From IMG/VR virus record IMGVR_UViG_3300005613_000005, positions 27,213 through 91,212 of that record: a stretch of DNA of 64,000 bases. One strand, given 5' to 3'. The position numbers and the translations under genes were made by a program. Under the pieces are notes generated by a model. It was not told where the DNA came from and did no database searches. It saw nothing but the letters and a program-made list of their open reading frames with translations. Shown one piece after another: positions 17,162-26,350 of the stretch (position 1 is its first letter; each line of letters starts with the position of its first letter). Origin of the DNA: a virus. Lineage: Duplodnaviria; Heunggongvirae; Uroviricota; Caudoviricetes.

Positions 17162-17436
17162 GGAAATACAAGAGACGATGCGAGTTTGACTACTGCGAGT
17201 TCGATTTTGAAGAGATGACGTGCGAGAGTCACTCGGTCGAGACCGATCCCGTGAACGTGCGAACGTGGTCGTTGAAACGAGCACCGTCGATCGCACGGTG
17301 GTGGATGAAAGAGGTTTACGTTGAAGATTCAACAGATAATTTTTGGCAGAACTGTGGTAAGGACTGCAACAAGTGTCAAGAAAGCGCGTACAAACAGTAC
17401 CTGGTCAACAAGTCCATAGACGAGGATGTGTTATGA
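17158..17436 (+). CDS. EEIL-tail family protein 4
   Basis: AYKQYLVNKSIDEDVL. Confidence 0.55.
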   Translation: MRKYKRRCEFDYCEFDFEEMTCESHSVETDPVNVRTWSLKRAPSIARWWMKEVYVEDSTDNFWQNCGKDCNKCQESAYKQYLVNKSIDEDVL

Positions 17437-17672
17437 GCCAAAAATTTACATGGGGCAGTCGGCCAGGAATATGGGAGTGCGAGGTATGCTTCGACAGCAT
17501 GCAGTTGAACACTTATCTTTTTCGGAGTCACATCACCAGGATACATGATAGGTGGTGTGTTGTTGGTACTAACGGGGTTGTTAATCGATTAACCGACGAG
17601 TTCTCAGAAAAGTTAGACGAGCTGTACAAAGAATATCTGATCGATAGATCAATAGAAGAGGAGATTCTATGA
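17433..17672 (+). CDS. EEIL-tail family protein 5
   Basis: start trimmed to ATG 17433; LYKEYLIDRSIEEEIL. Confidence 0.55.
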   Translation: MSQKFTWGSRPGIWECEVCFDSMQLNTYLFRSHITRIHDRWCVVGTNGVVNRLTDEFSEKLDELYKEYLIDRSIEEEIL

Positions 17673-17869
17673 CCTACACTGTTAATTTTGAGAAAATGGC
17701 GATCGTAGATAAAAATACCGGTGAGGAACATAGGATAGAACGATTGGTAAGTGGTCGATGGGTCTCTCCATCTTTTCCAAATCAGTTTTTATTGCTTGCT
17801 GATCGTTATTTTGAAGAAGCCTACCAGGAATGGTTAGTAGATAAAGCTATCCGTGAGGAGATCCTATGA
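17669..17869 (+). CDS. EEIL-tail family protein 6
   Basis: AYQEWLVDKAIREEIL. Confidence 0.55.
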   Translation: MTYTVNFEKMAIVDKNTGEEHRIERLVSGRWVSPSFPNQFLLLADRYFEEAYQEWLVDKAIREEIL

Positions 17870-18090
17870 AGACTTTCGTGTTAGAAAAATCGCGATATAC
17901 CGTAGATTTCGATCGCATGATGATGATGCGGGGTATCAGTGCCGTGTGGTTTATATATAGAGAACATGAGAATCTATGGGGTTCTAAAGACCCTTTGAAC
18001 TGGAGATTTGGTGCGATCGTGGGACGCCAGTTGGAGAAACTGTATCAAGAATGGTTGGTCGAGAAAGCTATAGAAGAGGAGATCCTATGA
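17866..18090 (+). CDS. EEIL-tail family protein 7
   Basis: LYQEWLVEKAIEEEIL. Confidence 0.55.
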   Translation: MKTFVLEKSRYTVDFDRMMMMRGISAVWFIYREHENLWGSKDPLNWRFGAIVGRQLEKLYQEWLVEKAIEEEIL

Positions 18091-18371
18091 CTAAAAAAGA
18101 ACTGATACAAAAGATAGAAAAACACGTGGACGATATATATGAACTGCCGGAGGACGACCGTTTCGGGATCGCGTTGGCCATGTTCGGCAGCAAGCGAGAG
18201 ATCATCGATTGTCTGTTCACACACGTCATAGGTATGGAAGAGCTCGGCGATTACGACTTCGATCAACTCGAATACATCCTCAAGTCGTTGGAACAAGGCT
18301 GGAAAGATAGAGAAGAGAAGATAGCTCAGATCATAGAGAAAGAGGTGATATTATGCGTAAAAAGAAAATGA
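18087..18371 (+). CDS. hypothetical protein
   Basis: ATGA-coupled ATG 18087 (MTKKELIQKIEKH..). Confidence 0.5.
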   Translation: MTKKELIQKIEKHVDDIYELPEDDRFGIALAMFGSKREIIDCLFTHVIGMEELGDYDFDQLEYILKSLEQGWKDREEKIAQIIEKEVILCVKRK

Positions 18372-18517
18372 TCACAAGTTGTGATCAATGCCGAGACAAA
18401 TGTTGCAAGTTTGGACCGGGTCCGTACGAGAAACTGTCCCCAGAAGATTTTTTAGAAAACTACGCGACACTTGAAAGTTACAACACGATGTGCAAGGGCG
18501 TTCACCGACGACGGTAA
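18353..18517 (+). CDS. small Cys-rich protein
   Basis: 54 aa, CDQCRDKCC motif. Confidence 0.35.
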   Translation: MRKKKMITSCDQCRDKCCKFGPGPYEKLSPEDFLENYATLESYNTMCKGVHRRR

Positions 18518-18808
18518 GTGCATGTTGTGGGTACTCCTAATTTTCCTCATGTATGTCGAGTTCATGTATGCAACCAGCGCGTTTTCTCCAAAGAGGAGCT
18601 TGAAGCCATAGACCAGGTACATGATCGCGAGTGTCCGAACTGCGGTTGTGAATGGGTAAGAGGAATCATGTGCAAGAACAAGGACTGGCACGATATCTGC
18701 GAGGTGTGTGGTACGGTTATCAAATGGCGTCGTTCGGTGGTTAAAAAAGGAAAAGTATCGTTAAAGGGTCTGAAGAAAATTGATAAAAAGAAATATAAGA
18801 AACGCTAG
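18518..18808 (+). CDS. zinc-finger protein
   Basis: CPNCGCEW...CEVCG; Lys-rich tail. Confidence 0.5.
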   Translation: MHVVGTPNFPHVCRVHVCNQRVFSKEELEAIDQVHDRECPNCGCEWVRGIMCKNKDWHDICEVCGTVIKWRRSVVKKGKVSLKGLKKIDKKKYKKR

Positions 18809-18820
18809 TAGGAGGTTTAT

Positions 18821-19009
18821 ATGTGGGCTTTTATTTTTGTATTGTACATGGGCATCGGTATATTGTACTGGTTAATGATAAGCAACAGTCGCAAGGCGTC
18901 AACGCGTGTGGGCCAAGTGGTATTTTTTATACCGCTGGTGTTCGTCGCATTTGCCTGTGGTATAGCGGTTTTAGTTGAAAGGATCGTGCAACTGTTCTAT
19001 GAGGATTGA
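18821..19009 (+). CDS. small membrane protein
   Basis: two hydrophobic segments; GGAGG SD. Confidence 0.45.
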   Translation: MWAFIFVLYMGIGILYWLMISNSRKASTRVGQVVFFIPLVFVAFACGIAVLVERIVQLFYED

Positions 19010-19147
19010 TCAGTTGACTGGAACCGAACCGAATAGTTGATAACGATAGGGATAACCCACCAAATACGGGTTCAGTCGTCGCTGAGGTAGGCGGAGAATT
19101 TGGGGCGACTGCGAAAGTTGATCGCGCCCCATTAACTTGGAGGAATT

Positions 19148-19297
19148 ATGGGATGGTTTGAGAGGTTGATGTGCAGGGTTGGCAAACACCACCCAACCAC
19201 CATATATCCTAGAAACCATATAGCATGGGGCGGACGTGATAAGATGAGGGTCTTCTGCATGAACTGTTTCAAGATAATTTGGGTAAGGAAAAGATGA
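19148..19297 (+). CDS. hypothetical small protein
   Basis: GGAGGAATT ATG; 49 aa. Confidence 0.4.
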   Translation: MGWFERLMCRVGKHHPTTIYPRNHIAWGGRDKMRVFCMNCFKIIWVRKR

Positions 19298-19566
19298 TGG
19301 AGATAAACAGCGATATCATGAAGATATGTATGATCATTAACAGGCGCAACGAGCTCATGCGAGAGCGTCAGAGATGTCGTAGTCGTAGGAATTATCGCTT
19401 ACGCCGCTATAAGAGTAAACAAATTTTAAACGAGATTCAAAAGGGAGTGGAAACTTGTTCGTTTCGTGACTATTATTATTGTACGTCGTCGCGTTTAAGA
19501 AATACCAGTGTGATGGATGTCAAGGTAGCGTATAAAAAAGCTGAAATAGATTTTTTTACAGGCTGA
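19279..19566 (+). CDS. hypothetical basic protein
   Basis: 95-aa Arg-rich ORF. Confidence 0.4.
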   Translation: MGKEKMMEINSDIMKICMIINRRNELMRERQRCRSRRNYRLRRYKSKQILNEIQKGVETCSFRDYYYCTSSRLRNTSVMDVKVAYKKAEIDFFTG

Positions 19567-19773
19567 TGTTAAATTACATGAACTAACTATAGAGACGACC
19601 AATGAACTGCGTTCGCTGTTAAAACGAAATAGTTTGATATTAAAGTATGATTTTAGTGAACGTATAGTTGGTTTAACGACCACCAACGGCGATATCATAT
19701 TTGGCGGTGATGATATTGAAAGAATAGCACTTGACAGTACGTTTGAGAAAGAGATTTTGTGTAAGGGTAAAAT

Positions 19774-20001
19774 ATGACTGAGGATGAAATTGTAAAAATT
19801 AAAGAACTGGCGCCTGAAGCTTACAAAGTTTACGGTGCGCCCATAAAAGACAACAAACCTAAACAGCATGTTAAAGACGCATCATGCGCTCGTTGCGGCG
19901 TACGAGGATTGAAAGAATTTATTGCGAAGAATCATGTGTCTATTGGTTACAAGTGTGAATGCGGTATGATAAACATGCGCAGGTATGTGGAGAATAAATG
20001 A
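19774..20001 (+). CDS. zinc-ribbon protein
   Basis: CARCG...CECG. Confidence 0.45.
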   Translation: MTEDEIVKIKELAPEAYKVYGAPIKDNKPKQHVKDASCARCGVRGLKEFIAKNHVSIGYKCECGMINMRRYVENK

Positions 20002-20216
20002 TAGAAGGATGGGTTATAGCTTTAAGCATTGGAATTGGTTTTGGAATTCCCATATTGATATGCGTGCTAGTTGCTTGTTTGAGTGCCGACGCCAACGTCA
20101 ATCATCATGATACTCCTACTAAATTTTCACGCGCCCCCGATAACGTTGAGCATGATGTGGCTAAACTTAAATTCTATAAAGAATATGAATTTTGGCGTGA
20201 CTATCACAAAGAGTGA
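19998..20216 (+). CDS. small membrane protein
   Basis: N-terminal TM segment. Confidence 0.45.
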   Translation: MIEGWVIALSIGIGFGIPILICVLVACLSADANVNHHDTPTKFSRAPDNVEHDVAKLKFYKEYEFWRDYHKE

Positions 20217-20345
20217 TTTCTTCATAATAACCTCCATGGGTCGGGGAAACAGAACCCCGACCACTTTTTCAAATTTAAAATTTTAAAAACCGAAACGACT
20301 ATCTATCGTCTGTTAGTTTTATTTATTTTTTTTAAAGGAGGTCAC

Positions 20346-20849
20346 ATGAACCAAAGAGAAGCTGTTTACACAGCAACGCACAACGTGCTGAAAGAGCACG
20401 GGATTGATTTTGAAGATTACGATAACATCAACGATGTTATGACCGACGATCTTCGCAAGCAGATCACAGCTATAATCTGTGAATCTTTTCAGTCTGGCGA
20501 CGTATCTTTTAAAGATACCCCTGCTAACCAGGCTAAACTCGAGAACGAATCAGGACTTAAAAGCTACGTGAGTGGTTTGGTAAGCAACTGGTTCCGCAAA
20601 GACAAACGTTTCAACGGGAACGTTAAGTACACAGCAAAGAATCCCGGATCAAGAGCTGGTCAGGGAGATCCCCAGATGAAGAACCTCAAGCTCTTAAGAA
20701 AACAGTACGAAGATGACACTGACAAAGTTAAAGAGATCGATGCTGCTATCACAGCTCGTACGGCTGAACTGAAAGTTGCCAAAGCTAAGAAAATTGAAGT
20801 TGATCTGGATGCTATTCCTGCTGAACTTAAAGAAACTCTCGGATTATAA
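20346..20849 (+). CDS. MNQREAVY-family protein, paralog 3
   Basis: AAAGGAGG SD; AT-rich version of the family. Confidence 0.65.
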   Translation: MNQREAVYTATHNVLKEHGIDFEDYDNINDVMTDDLRKQITAIICESFQSGDVSFKDTPANQAKLENESGLKSYVSGLVSNWFRKDKRFNGNVKYTAKNPGSRAGQGDPQMKNLKLLRKQYEDDTDKVKEIDAAITARTAELKVAKAKKIEVDLDAIPAELKETLGL

Positions 20850-20873
20850 TTCAATCTCCTTTCTTTGATATTG

Positions 20874-20908
20874 GGCGGATGTTTCGACGGCATCCGCCTT
20901 TGTTTTTT
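20874..20908 (+). terminator. rho-independent terminator
   Basis: GGCGGATG-tttcgacg-GCATCCGCC followed by TTTGTTTTTT. Confidence 0.6.
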
Positions 20909-20920
20909 ATGGTCATCAGA

Positions 20921-20936
20921 AACCGATCCGAAAAAT
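20921..20936 (+). promoter_or_regulatory. upstream motif AACCGATCCGAAAAAT
   Basis: 30 nt upstream of ATG 20951. Confidence 0.5.
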
Positions 20937-20950
20937 CGTAGAGGAAGTTT

Positions 20951-21289
20951 ATGAAGAACAAGTTAGCTTTACCAAAAGGTAAAAAAGTTAAGAGACCAGG
21001 TCGTCCACCAGATTACATATCCAAACGCGGCATCCCTTATTGGTATGGACCTGACTGGGTCCGTGATCTCAATGGTTCTATAGGTCGTATCAAACCTATA
21101 AAAAGAAAAAATGATTACGGTAACTGTGACGTCAGCCTGATGATGTTGTCTAAGACCGGTAACTTGAGTTTCATACTAGGCAGTATCCAGCGTGAGTTCA
21201 TCAGGTGGCATCAGGACCGTGAGATAGACTATATTTTATTAGGAATAGACGAAGATCAGATGCTGTTGACGGACTGGGAGTACGAATGA
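20951..21289 (+). CDS. hypothetical protein
   Basis: 112 aa. Confidence 0.5.
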   Translation: MKNKLALPKGKKVKRPGRPPDYISKRGIPYWYGPDWVRDLNGSIGRIKPIKRKNDYGNCDVSLMMLSKTGNLSFILGSIQREFIRWHQDREIDYILLGIDEDQMLLTDWEYE

Positions 21290-21804
21290 AGTTAAGTTTT
21301 CTAAGGATAGACAGTTTGTTGTGTCAGCTGATACAATTGTATCACGAAGGTATATCGGTCGACGACGTCGTGCTATACATGGCGAAATTAGGTGAACAAA
21401 TCTTAGAGACCAAACCCAACATCAATACCGGCTGGTGCGTTAGAAAGAATTTAAACCGAGTATGGGTCGTCAAAGGATTTTATCCTGATACTAAAGTACC
21501 GTTGAAGATAACGATCGTGGACGTCAACGTCAGGCACAGGGACAGCCAACACACCTATCCCATCCCATCATCTTATGTTATGAGCGTATATGTTGGCAGC
21601 AGGACCATCTCTCGGTATAATCATAATAGTAATAATTTCATTAAATTAGGTTCCACAGAGATCGCCCAGTTAGAAAAATACGCAGCCGATCGAGAAACGC
21701 GCAGATTGCTGGGTGCTGATGACATGGACGATAAATACAGTGTTAAAAAGCACAGGTTGATGACACCGAAAGGTTTGAAACCTTTGAGGAGGAAAGATGA
21801 CTGA
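21286..21804 (+). CDS. hypothetical protein
   Basis: 172 aa, ATGA-coupled. Confidence 0.5.
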   Translation: MKLSFLRIDSLLCQLIQLYHEGISVDDVVLYMAKLGEQILETKPNINTGWCVRKNLNRVWVVKGFYPDTKVPLKITIVDVNVRHRDSQHTYPIPSSYVMSVYVGSRTISRYNHNSNNFIKLGSTEIAQLEKYAADRETRRLLGADDMDDKYSVKKHRLMTPKGLKPLRRKDD

Positions 21805-22069
21805 TGAATTTAAAGTTTGTCCGGAATGCGGAGCTCAATTGATCGAGACCAAGAACTCAGACGATGGCATATTCGAGCATTTCATGGAGTGTTTAGAATG
21901 TGGCGAACGTTTCAACCTGACTCCACCGAGTTACGACGACGGAGACGATGAAGAAGAGTTTGTGATCAAACCTGAACTACAAGACTACACACAATACTCC
22001 GATTATCCTGAGTACTACGACGCTAATGAAGCTGCTGGTCTTTTAGAACTTGAGGAAGACGATGCCTGA
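21797..22069 (+). CDS. zinc-ribbon protein with acidic C-terminus
   Basis: CPECG..CLECG. Confidence 0.5.
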   Translation: MTDEFKVCPECGAQLIETKNSDDGIFEHFMECLECGERFNLTPPSYDDGDDEEEFVIKPELQDYTQYSDYPEYYDANEAAGLLELEEDDA

Positions 22070-22187
22070 CATGAACAACGATTCGAGATGGATCTGGGCT
22101 TTCATACTGTTATGGGCGATGTTGATATTCATCGCTGAACTAGTTATCGACCGATTCGAAATTTTATAAAACGTGTTGGGGGATTTG

Positions 22188-22892
22188 ATGAGTCAAAGAC
22201 TTATTAACCGAATGAGTCCGAGATATAAAGAAGTTTGTTATGAACTTTTAAAATATATCACTGACGAGTTGGGCAAGATGACTGACTTGAACGTGTACCA
22301 CGTGTACGTGGCTGGTGGTTCGGTGGTCGGTGAGGTCTATAACAAACCGTATAACGACGTAGACGTTTTTATGTCAGTCAACAACTTTGACATGACGCGC
22401 GATCATAACTTTGAAAAGTTTTTCGACAAACTCTGCAATGTCACGAACATCGCTAACAGTAAAGTCACGGAGATGTCTTTCATCAACGGTGATTACGGGC
22501 TTACTTCTATAGCCGCTATCAGGAAAATAGTTAATTTCCCGTACAAAGGATTCAACGTACAGGTTATACTCTGCAACGATGCTTTTCCTTATCGAGTATT
22601 TGATCTTTCGATATGCAGGATCGCCCTGCAATTAAATTGGCAGCGTAAAAAAATGGTATTGTTAAGAACATCTGAGTTTAAAGATTGCATGCGTAAGAAA
22701 AAGATATATATGTACGATACGGCAGCGAGCGTTGATCACTCGTTAAAGAGAATGTACAAATATCTGCAACGATTTACAGATTTCACACCGAAGTTCGAGG
22801 ACGAACTCTACGACCGAGAAGGAACAGAAGATAAGATAACTGATTTCATTAACAGTCTAGAGTTTGAGAAGATAGTCTTGAATGGAAGATAA
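22188..22892 (+). CDS. minimal nucleotidyltransferase-fold protein
   Basis: GGSVVGEVYNKPYNDVDVF fits hG[GS]-x9-13-DhD; start trimmed to ATG 22188 downstream of GACCGATTCGAA motif. Confidence 0.5.
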   Translation: MSQRLINRMSPRYKEVCYELLKYITDELGKMTDLNVYHVYVAGGSVVGEVYNKPYNDVDVFMSVNNFDMTRDHNFEKFFDKLCNVTNIANSKVTEMSFINGDYGLTSIAAIRKIVNFPYKGFNVQVILCNDAFPYRVFDLSICRIALQLNWQRKKMVLLRTSEFKDCMRKKKIYMYDTAASVDHSLKRMYKYLQRFTDFTPKFEDELYDREGTEDKITDFINSLEFEKIVLNGR

Positions 22893-22902
22893 AGGAGGTT
22901 TT

Positions 22903-23118
22903 ATGGAGAGTAAAATCGTTAAGAAAAATGGTTACAGCGTCGGCAGCAGCGTGTTCTTTGAAGCTGTCTCCGACATTGAGATCACAGAAGAGCAAGCCTT
23001 GAAAGAACAACAAAAATTAGGTTATCACCCTGCTGGCTATGGTTTTTACAGGTTCAAGTGTGAACTTCAAGAAAATAAGTTCGTAGCGACTTGGGAATGT
23101 CAGGCGAGCTGTGACTAG
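22903..23118 (+). CDS. hypothetical protein
   Basis: AAGGAGG SD; ATG 22903. Confidence 0.45.
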   Translation: MESKIVKKNGYSVGSSVFFEAVSDIEITEEQALKEQQKLGYHPAGYGFYRFKCELQENKFVATWECQASCD

Positions 23119-23371
23119 TCATCAACGAAAACAGATCATTGATTTTTTAGCTGAGATGGACGCCATGAGGTGGGAATGTTGCGATGAAACTGATTTTATT
23201 AAACTAGCTAAAGAAGGACTTAAAGGACTTAATAGTTACACCGATGAAGAGCTCGTTGAAGAACTAGAATATCATGAAGAAATGTTCGATGATGACGATG
23301 GCATGGCTCGACTGTTGTATGAGATCCGAGCTGACAAAACTATTCATCAGATTTTGGGGGTGGACAAATGA
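23111..23371 (+). CDS. hypothetical acidic protein
   Basis: 86 aa. Confidence 0.45.
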   Translation: MTSHQRKQIIDFLAEMDAMRWECCDETDFIKLAKEGLKGLNSYTDEELVEELEYHEEMFDDDDGMARLLYEIRADKTIHQILGVDK

Positions 23372-23501
23372 AATTTTATGATGCGTTTTTTATGTTTTTC
23401 TTGGGACTCAATCTTTTTTACGGGATTGTATATCGCATGCGATTAAATTTATTCATAGCAGGGATTATGATATTACTTTGGATATTCATGAGGTAAAGAT
23501 T

Positions 23502-23669
23502 ATGGATCAGACCACTCAAGCCTTGAACTATTGGTGGAACCGTTGTTCTGAACTTGAACGGCTTCTCAAAAAATACGAGAAAAAATTCAAGACCGACAAC
23601 GCGTTCGATACCTTAAAACACTTGATCGAGAACTATGAAAAAGGAAAGTATGATGAGCAGAAAAAGTAA
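23502..23669 (+). CDS. hypothetical protein
   Basis: trimmed to ATG 23502. Confidence 0.4.
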   Translation: MDQTTQALNYWWNRCSELERLLKKYEKKFKTDNAFDTLKHLIENYEKGKYDEQKK

Positions 23670-24069
23670 ACGTTCGCCGATTACTCCACAGATTTTTCAA
23701 GAGGTCATCGACGAACTCGAGAACAATCCTAAATGGGCTAAGTACAAGAATCAGACTACGATCGATTGGCTCCAGAAAGCCATAAAACGATGTAAAGAAG
23801 GTCTACCATTTCATCCTGAGATATTAAGAAAATTACTGGGATGTCGCAAGCGCATACTCAACGATACTACAGAATATAGGAACGTTACCGTCAGGGAAAA
23901 GAAAGCAAAGATTAAAGCTGATTTGGATGAACTGACAAAGATCAAGAACGATTACTATTTCAGGCGTGAAGAAGCTAAGGTGAAGGGTGATATGAAAGCT
24001 TACGAAAAATATAAGAAACTGCATCAAGAGGCGATGCAGAGGCAGATGGACTACTACAAGGATCATTGA
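23650..24069 (+). CDS. hypothetical protein
   Basis: ~139 aa, Lys-rich. Confidence 0.45.
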   Translation: MMSRKSKRSPITPQIFQEVIDELENNPKWAKYKNQTTIDWLQKAIKRCKEGLPFHPEILRKLLGCRKRILNDTTEYRNVTVREKKAKIKADLDELTKIKNDYYFRREEAKVKGDMKAYEKYKKLHQEAMQRQMDYYKDH

Positions 24070-24338
24070 TGAAAGAAAAGTTGCAAAAAATAGATTACAT
24101 TTATAAGGCAGACAATAAGTTTACTGAGTTCGATTTTGAACACATGGAGTACAAGATGTACAACGTCCCGTGCGTGTCTTTCATGGAGCATACGGATGAC
24201 GGACTAAAAGGATATCAGTCAAACGAGTTCGGCGGTGAAATGAGAACGTTTAACTCTACGATACAGAAAGCGTATGCTCAATGGTTGATAAACGAGTTTG
24301 AGAGAACGATACTTGGAGCAAACCATGAAACAATGTAG
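24066..24338 (+). CDS. EEIL-tail family protein, divergent member
   Basis: FDFEHM...KAYAQWLINEFERTIL. Confidence 0.45.
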   Translation: MMKEKLQKIDYIYKADNKFTEFDFEHMEYKMYNVPCVSFMEHTDDGLKGYQSNEFGGEMRTFNSTIQKAYAQWLINEFERTILGANHETM

Positions 24339-24849
24339 GATTGCTGTTACTTTAAACTGTAATCTGAGCTGCTCATACTGCTGTATGAGATATCCTGAGG
24401 TGCTGAAGACTTTTAAAGAAGTAGAGACACTAGAGGAGATACCGTTGAAAGACTACTACGCGATCGGCATAACAGGCGGTGAACCGTGGATGGAGTATCG
24501 GAAGGTTATCTCATTGGCGATCTACATAAAGAATTTTTTACGTAAGAAAGAAGTTCCGATTTATTTATACACCAACGGTGTTTTACTGCAACCTGAACAT
24601 TTGAAAGAGATACAGGAGATATGCATCGTACCGTTCGATGGTATCAATATCGGGTGGCATGACAATGCGATATCATATGAAAAAGTAATAGACATCAACA
24701 AGATAGTACCAGTTCGCATTTTGATATGGGAAAAAGAAATCACCGATGACTTTTTAGAGTTCGTAAAAGAACATAATATAAAATATCGTGTATGGAAAAT
24801 GGATGAATGCGATCCGATTAATGAAGACCGATATCTTTTAAAATTATAG
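24325..24849 (+). CDS. small radical SAM protein (activase-like)
   Basis: CNLSCSYC (CxxxCxxC) and GITGGEP; 174 aa. Confidence 0.55.
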   Translation: MKQCRIAVTLNCNLSCSYCCMRYPEVLKTFKEVETLEEIPLKDYYAIGITGGEPWMEYRKVISLAIYIKNFLRKKEVPIYLYTNGVLLQPEHLKEIQEICIVPFDGINIGWHDNAISYEKVIDINKIVPVRILIWEKEITDDFLEFVKEHNIKYRVWKMDECDPINEDRYLLKL

Positions 24850-24864
24850 TTTACTTATAACTGA

Positions 24865-24880
24865 TACCGATCCGATTAAT
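24865..24880 (+). promoter_or_regulatory. upstream motif TACCGATCCGATTAAT
   Basis: 32 nt upstream of ATG 24897. Confidence 0.5.
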
Positions 24881-24896
24881 TATTGACGGAGGGTAT

Positions 24897-25115
24897 ATGA
24901 GAGTTACAAAATTTAAAGTTAAAAATATCAAGGCAAAAGGTCGTCGTGTTAGAAAACACAGTCGTCGTTTGAACCATTCCAAAGAAGAGTGGGCAGTTAT
25001 TGTCGCTCGCATCAACGCTGAAGATAAAGTTCGTCGTGAAAAAGAACAACAATTTCAAAATATTATTAAACAAAGCAAGATCAATTTAGAAAAAGTAAAC
25101 TCTGAAATTAAATGA
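24897..25115 (+). CDS. hypothetical basic protein
   Basis: 72 aa Lys/Arg-rich. Confidence 0.45.
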   Translation: MRVTKFKVKNIKAKGRRVRKHSRRLNHSKEEWAVIVARINAEDKVRREKEQQFQNIIKQSKINLEKVNSEIK

Positions 25116-25172
25116 TTTAAAAATTTACTGAAATTAACATTTTTGTTAACGTAGGTAAAATTTGGAGGAGTT

Positions 25173-25463
25173 ATGAAAGAGTTAGTTCAGTGTCCCTTGT
25201 GTAAACGCGAAGACGAACGAGTTTTACTACGTCCACATTGTAGCAAAAAATACCATGAGTTCATATGTGGACATTGTAAGATAGAATTTTCTTTCGTACG
25301 CAACGAAGATGATATAGAAAAACAACTTAAGAAAGCACTCGACGATTATTTGGTTAAGATCACCGGTGAGACGATGGAAGCTGCCGTGCAACGGATAATG
25401 AATACCATGTCAGAAGAAGATATGTTGAACAGGTTAGACGAACTCAATCAAACCTATCATTGA
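25173..25463 (+). CDS. zinc-finger protein
   Basis: CPLC...CGHC. Confidence 0.5.
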   Translation: MKELVQCPLCKREDERVLLRPHCSKKYHEFICGHCKIEFSFVRNEDDIEKQLKKALDDYLVKITGETMEAAVQRIMNTMSEEDMLNRLDELNQTYH

Positions 25464-25708
25464 GGAGTTTTATGAGTGAGGGTATCGAGTTTAAGATCAT
25501 AACACATAAGTGTGAGACCTGCGGCAAGATAATAGGATCTTACGTTGACGATCACGTACAGGACTGGGATGCTGCAGAGATATGCACGTCCTGTTTTAAA
25601 AAGTATAAAGAAGAAGTAGAGATGTTGTTGCATAAATTGATGGGAAAGAGAGACATCTACACTGAGAACAAGACCGTTAACAAACCGCTTAACATCTACG
25701 AGGAGTGA
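25460..25708 (+). CDS. zinc-finger protein
   Basis: CETCG...CTSC. Confidence 0.5.
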   Translation: MRSFMSEGIEFKIITHKCETCGKIIGSYVDDHVQDWDAAEICTSCFKKYKEEVEMLLHKLMGKRDIYTENKTVNKPLNIYEE

Positions 25709-25971
25709 TTATGTACAAGATAAAGATGAATAAGATAACATCGTCGCACGAGAACTTCAGAGCAGAGATCATTGGCGTAGCACCAGAACTACCGAAAATC
25801 AATAAGAATTTCGTGATAGTCGGTGAACCTCTCGAAGACATGAGTGCGAACGTCCGCACCGTGATCACGTCACCGATCAAGAACATAGACAAGAAGAGCT
25901 CGCAAGAATGGATCGTTACCACCTTAAACTCAACCTATAAGGTTGAATTCTTGGAAGACGAGGAGGAATGA
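25705..25971 (+). CDS. hypothetical protein
   Basis: 88 aa. Confidence 0.5.
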   Translation: MIMYKIKMNKITSSHENFRAEIIGVAPELPKINKNFVIVGEPLEDMSANVRTVITSPIKNIDKKSSQEWIVTTLNSTYKVEFLEDEEE

Positions 25972-26126
25972 TGAAGAGGACTTGGCTTAACAAGCGCAAC
26001 TTGATAGGTGGTTTATTAGCACTGTTGTTTTGGGGGATGTTGTTCTTAGGCATATACCTGAGACGCGTCAACCATTTTAACGGTCATGGTAAGATCGCTG
26101 ATACCATCAATTTTCCCAAGGAGTGA
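25968..26126 (+). CDS. small membrane protein (tentative)
   Basis: 52 aa, one TM segment. Confidence 0.35.
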   Translation: MMKRTWLNKRNLIGGLLALLFWGMLFLGIYLRRVNHFNGHGKIADTINFPKE

Positions 26127-26128
26127 GC

Positions 26129-26350
26129 ATGTGTACTAGTATGAGTGGTTTCTGGTACCTGTCAAAGCACGACAGAAAACTGGGCGACTTCATATACATC
26201 GAGGACGGTGATCACCCGCGCAGGAGACGCAAGAGACCGTTCCTTATTACCGGCATAGCAGCTGATGTACAGATGATAGACGGCAAAGCTTATCGAGAAT
26301 ACTATATAGTTCAACCCAACCGTAGGCGATACGATAGGAGAAAAAGATGA
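26129..26350 (+). CDS. hypothetical basic protein
   Basis: AAGGAG then ATG 26129. Confidence 0.45.
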   Translation: MCTSMSGFWYLSKHDRKLGDFIYIEDGDHPRRRRKRPFLITGIAADVQMIDGKAYREYYIVQPNRRRYDRRKR

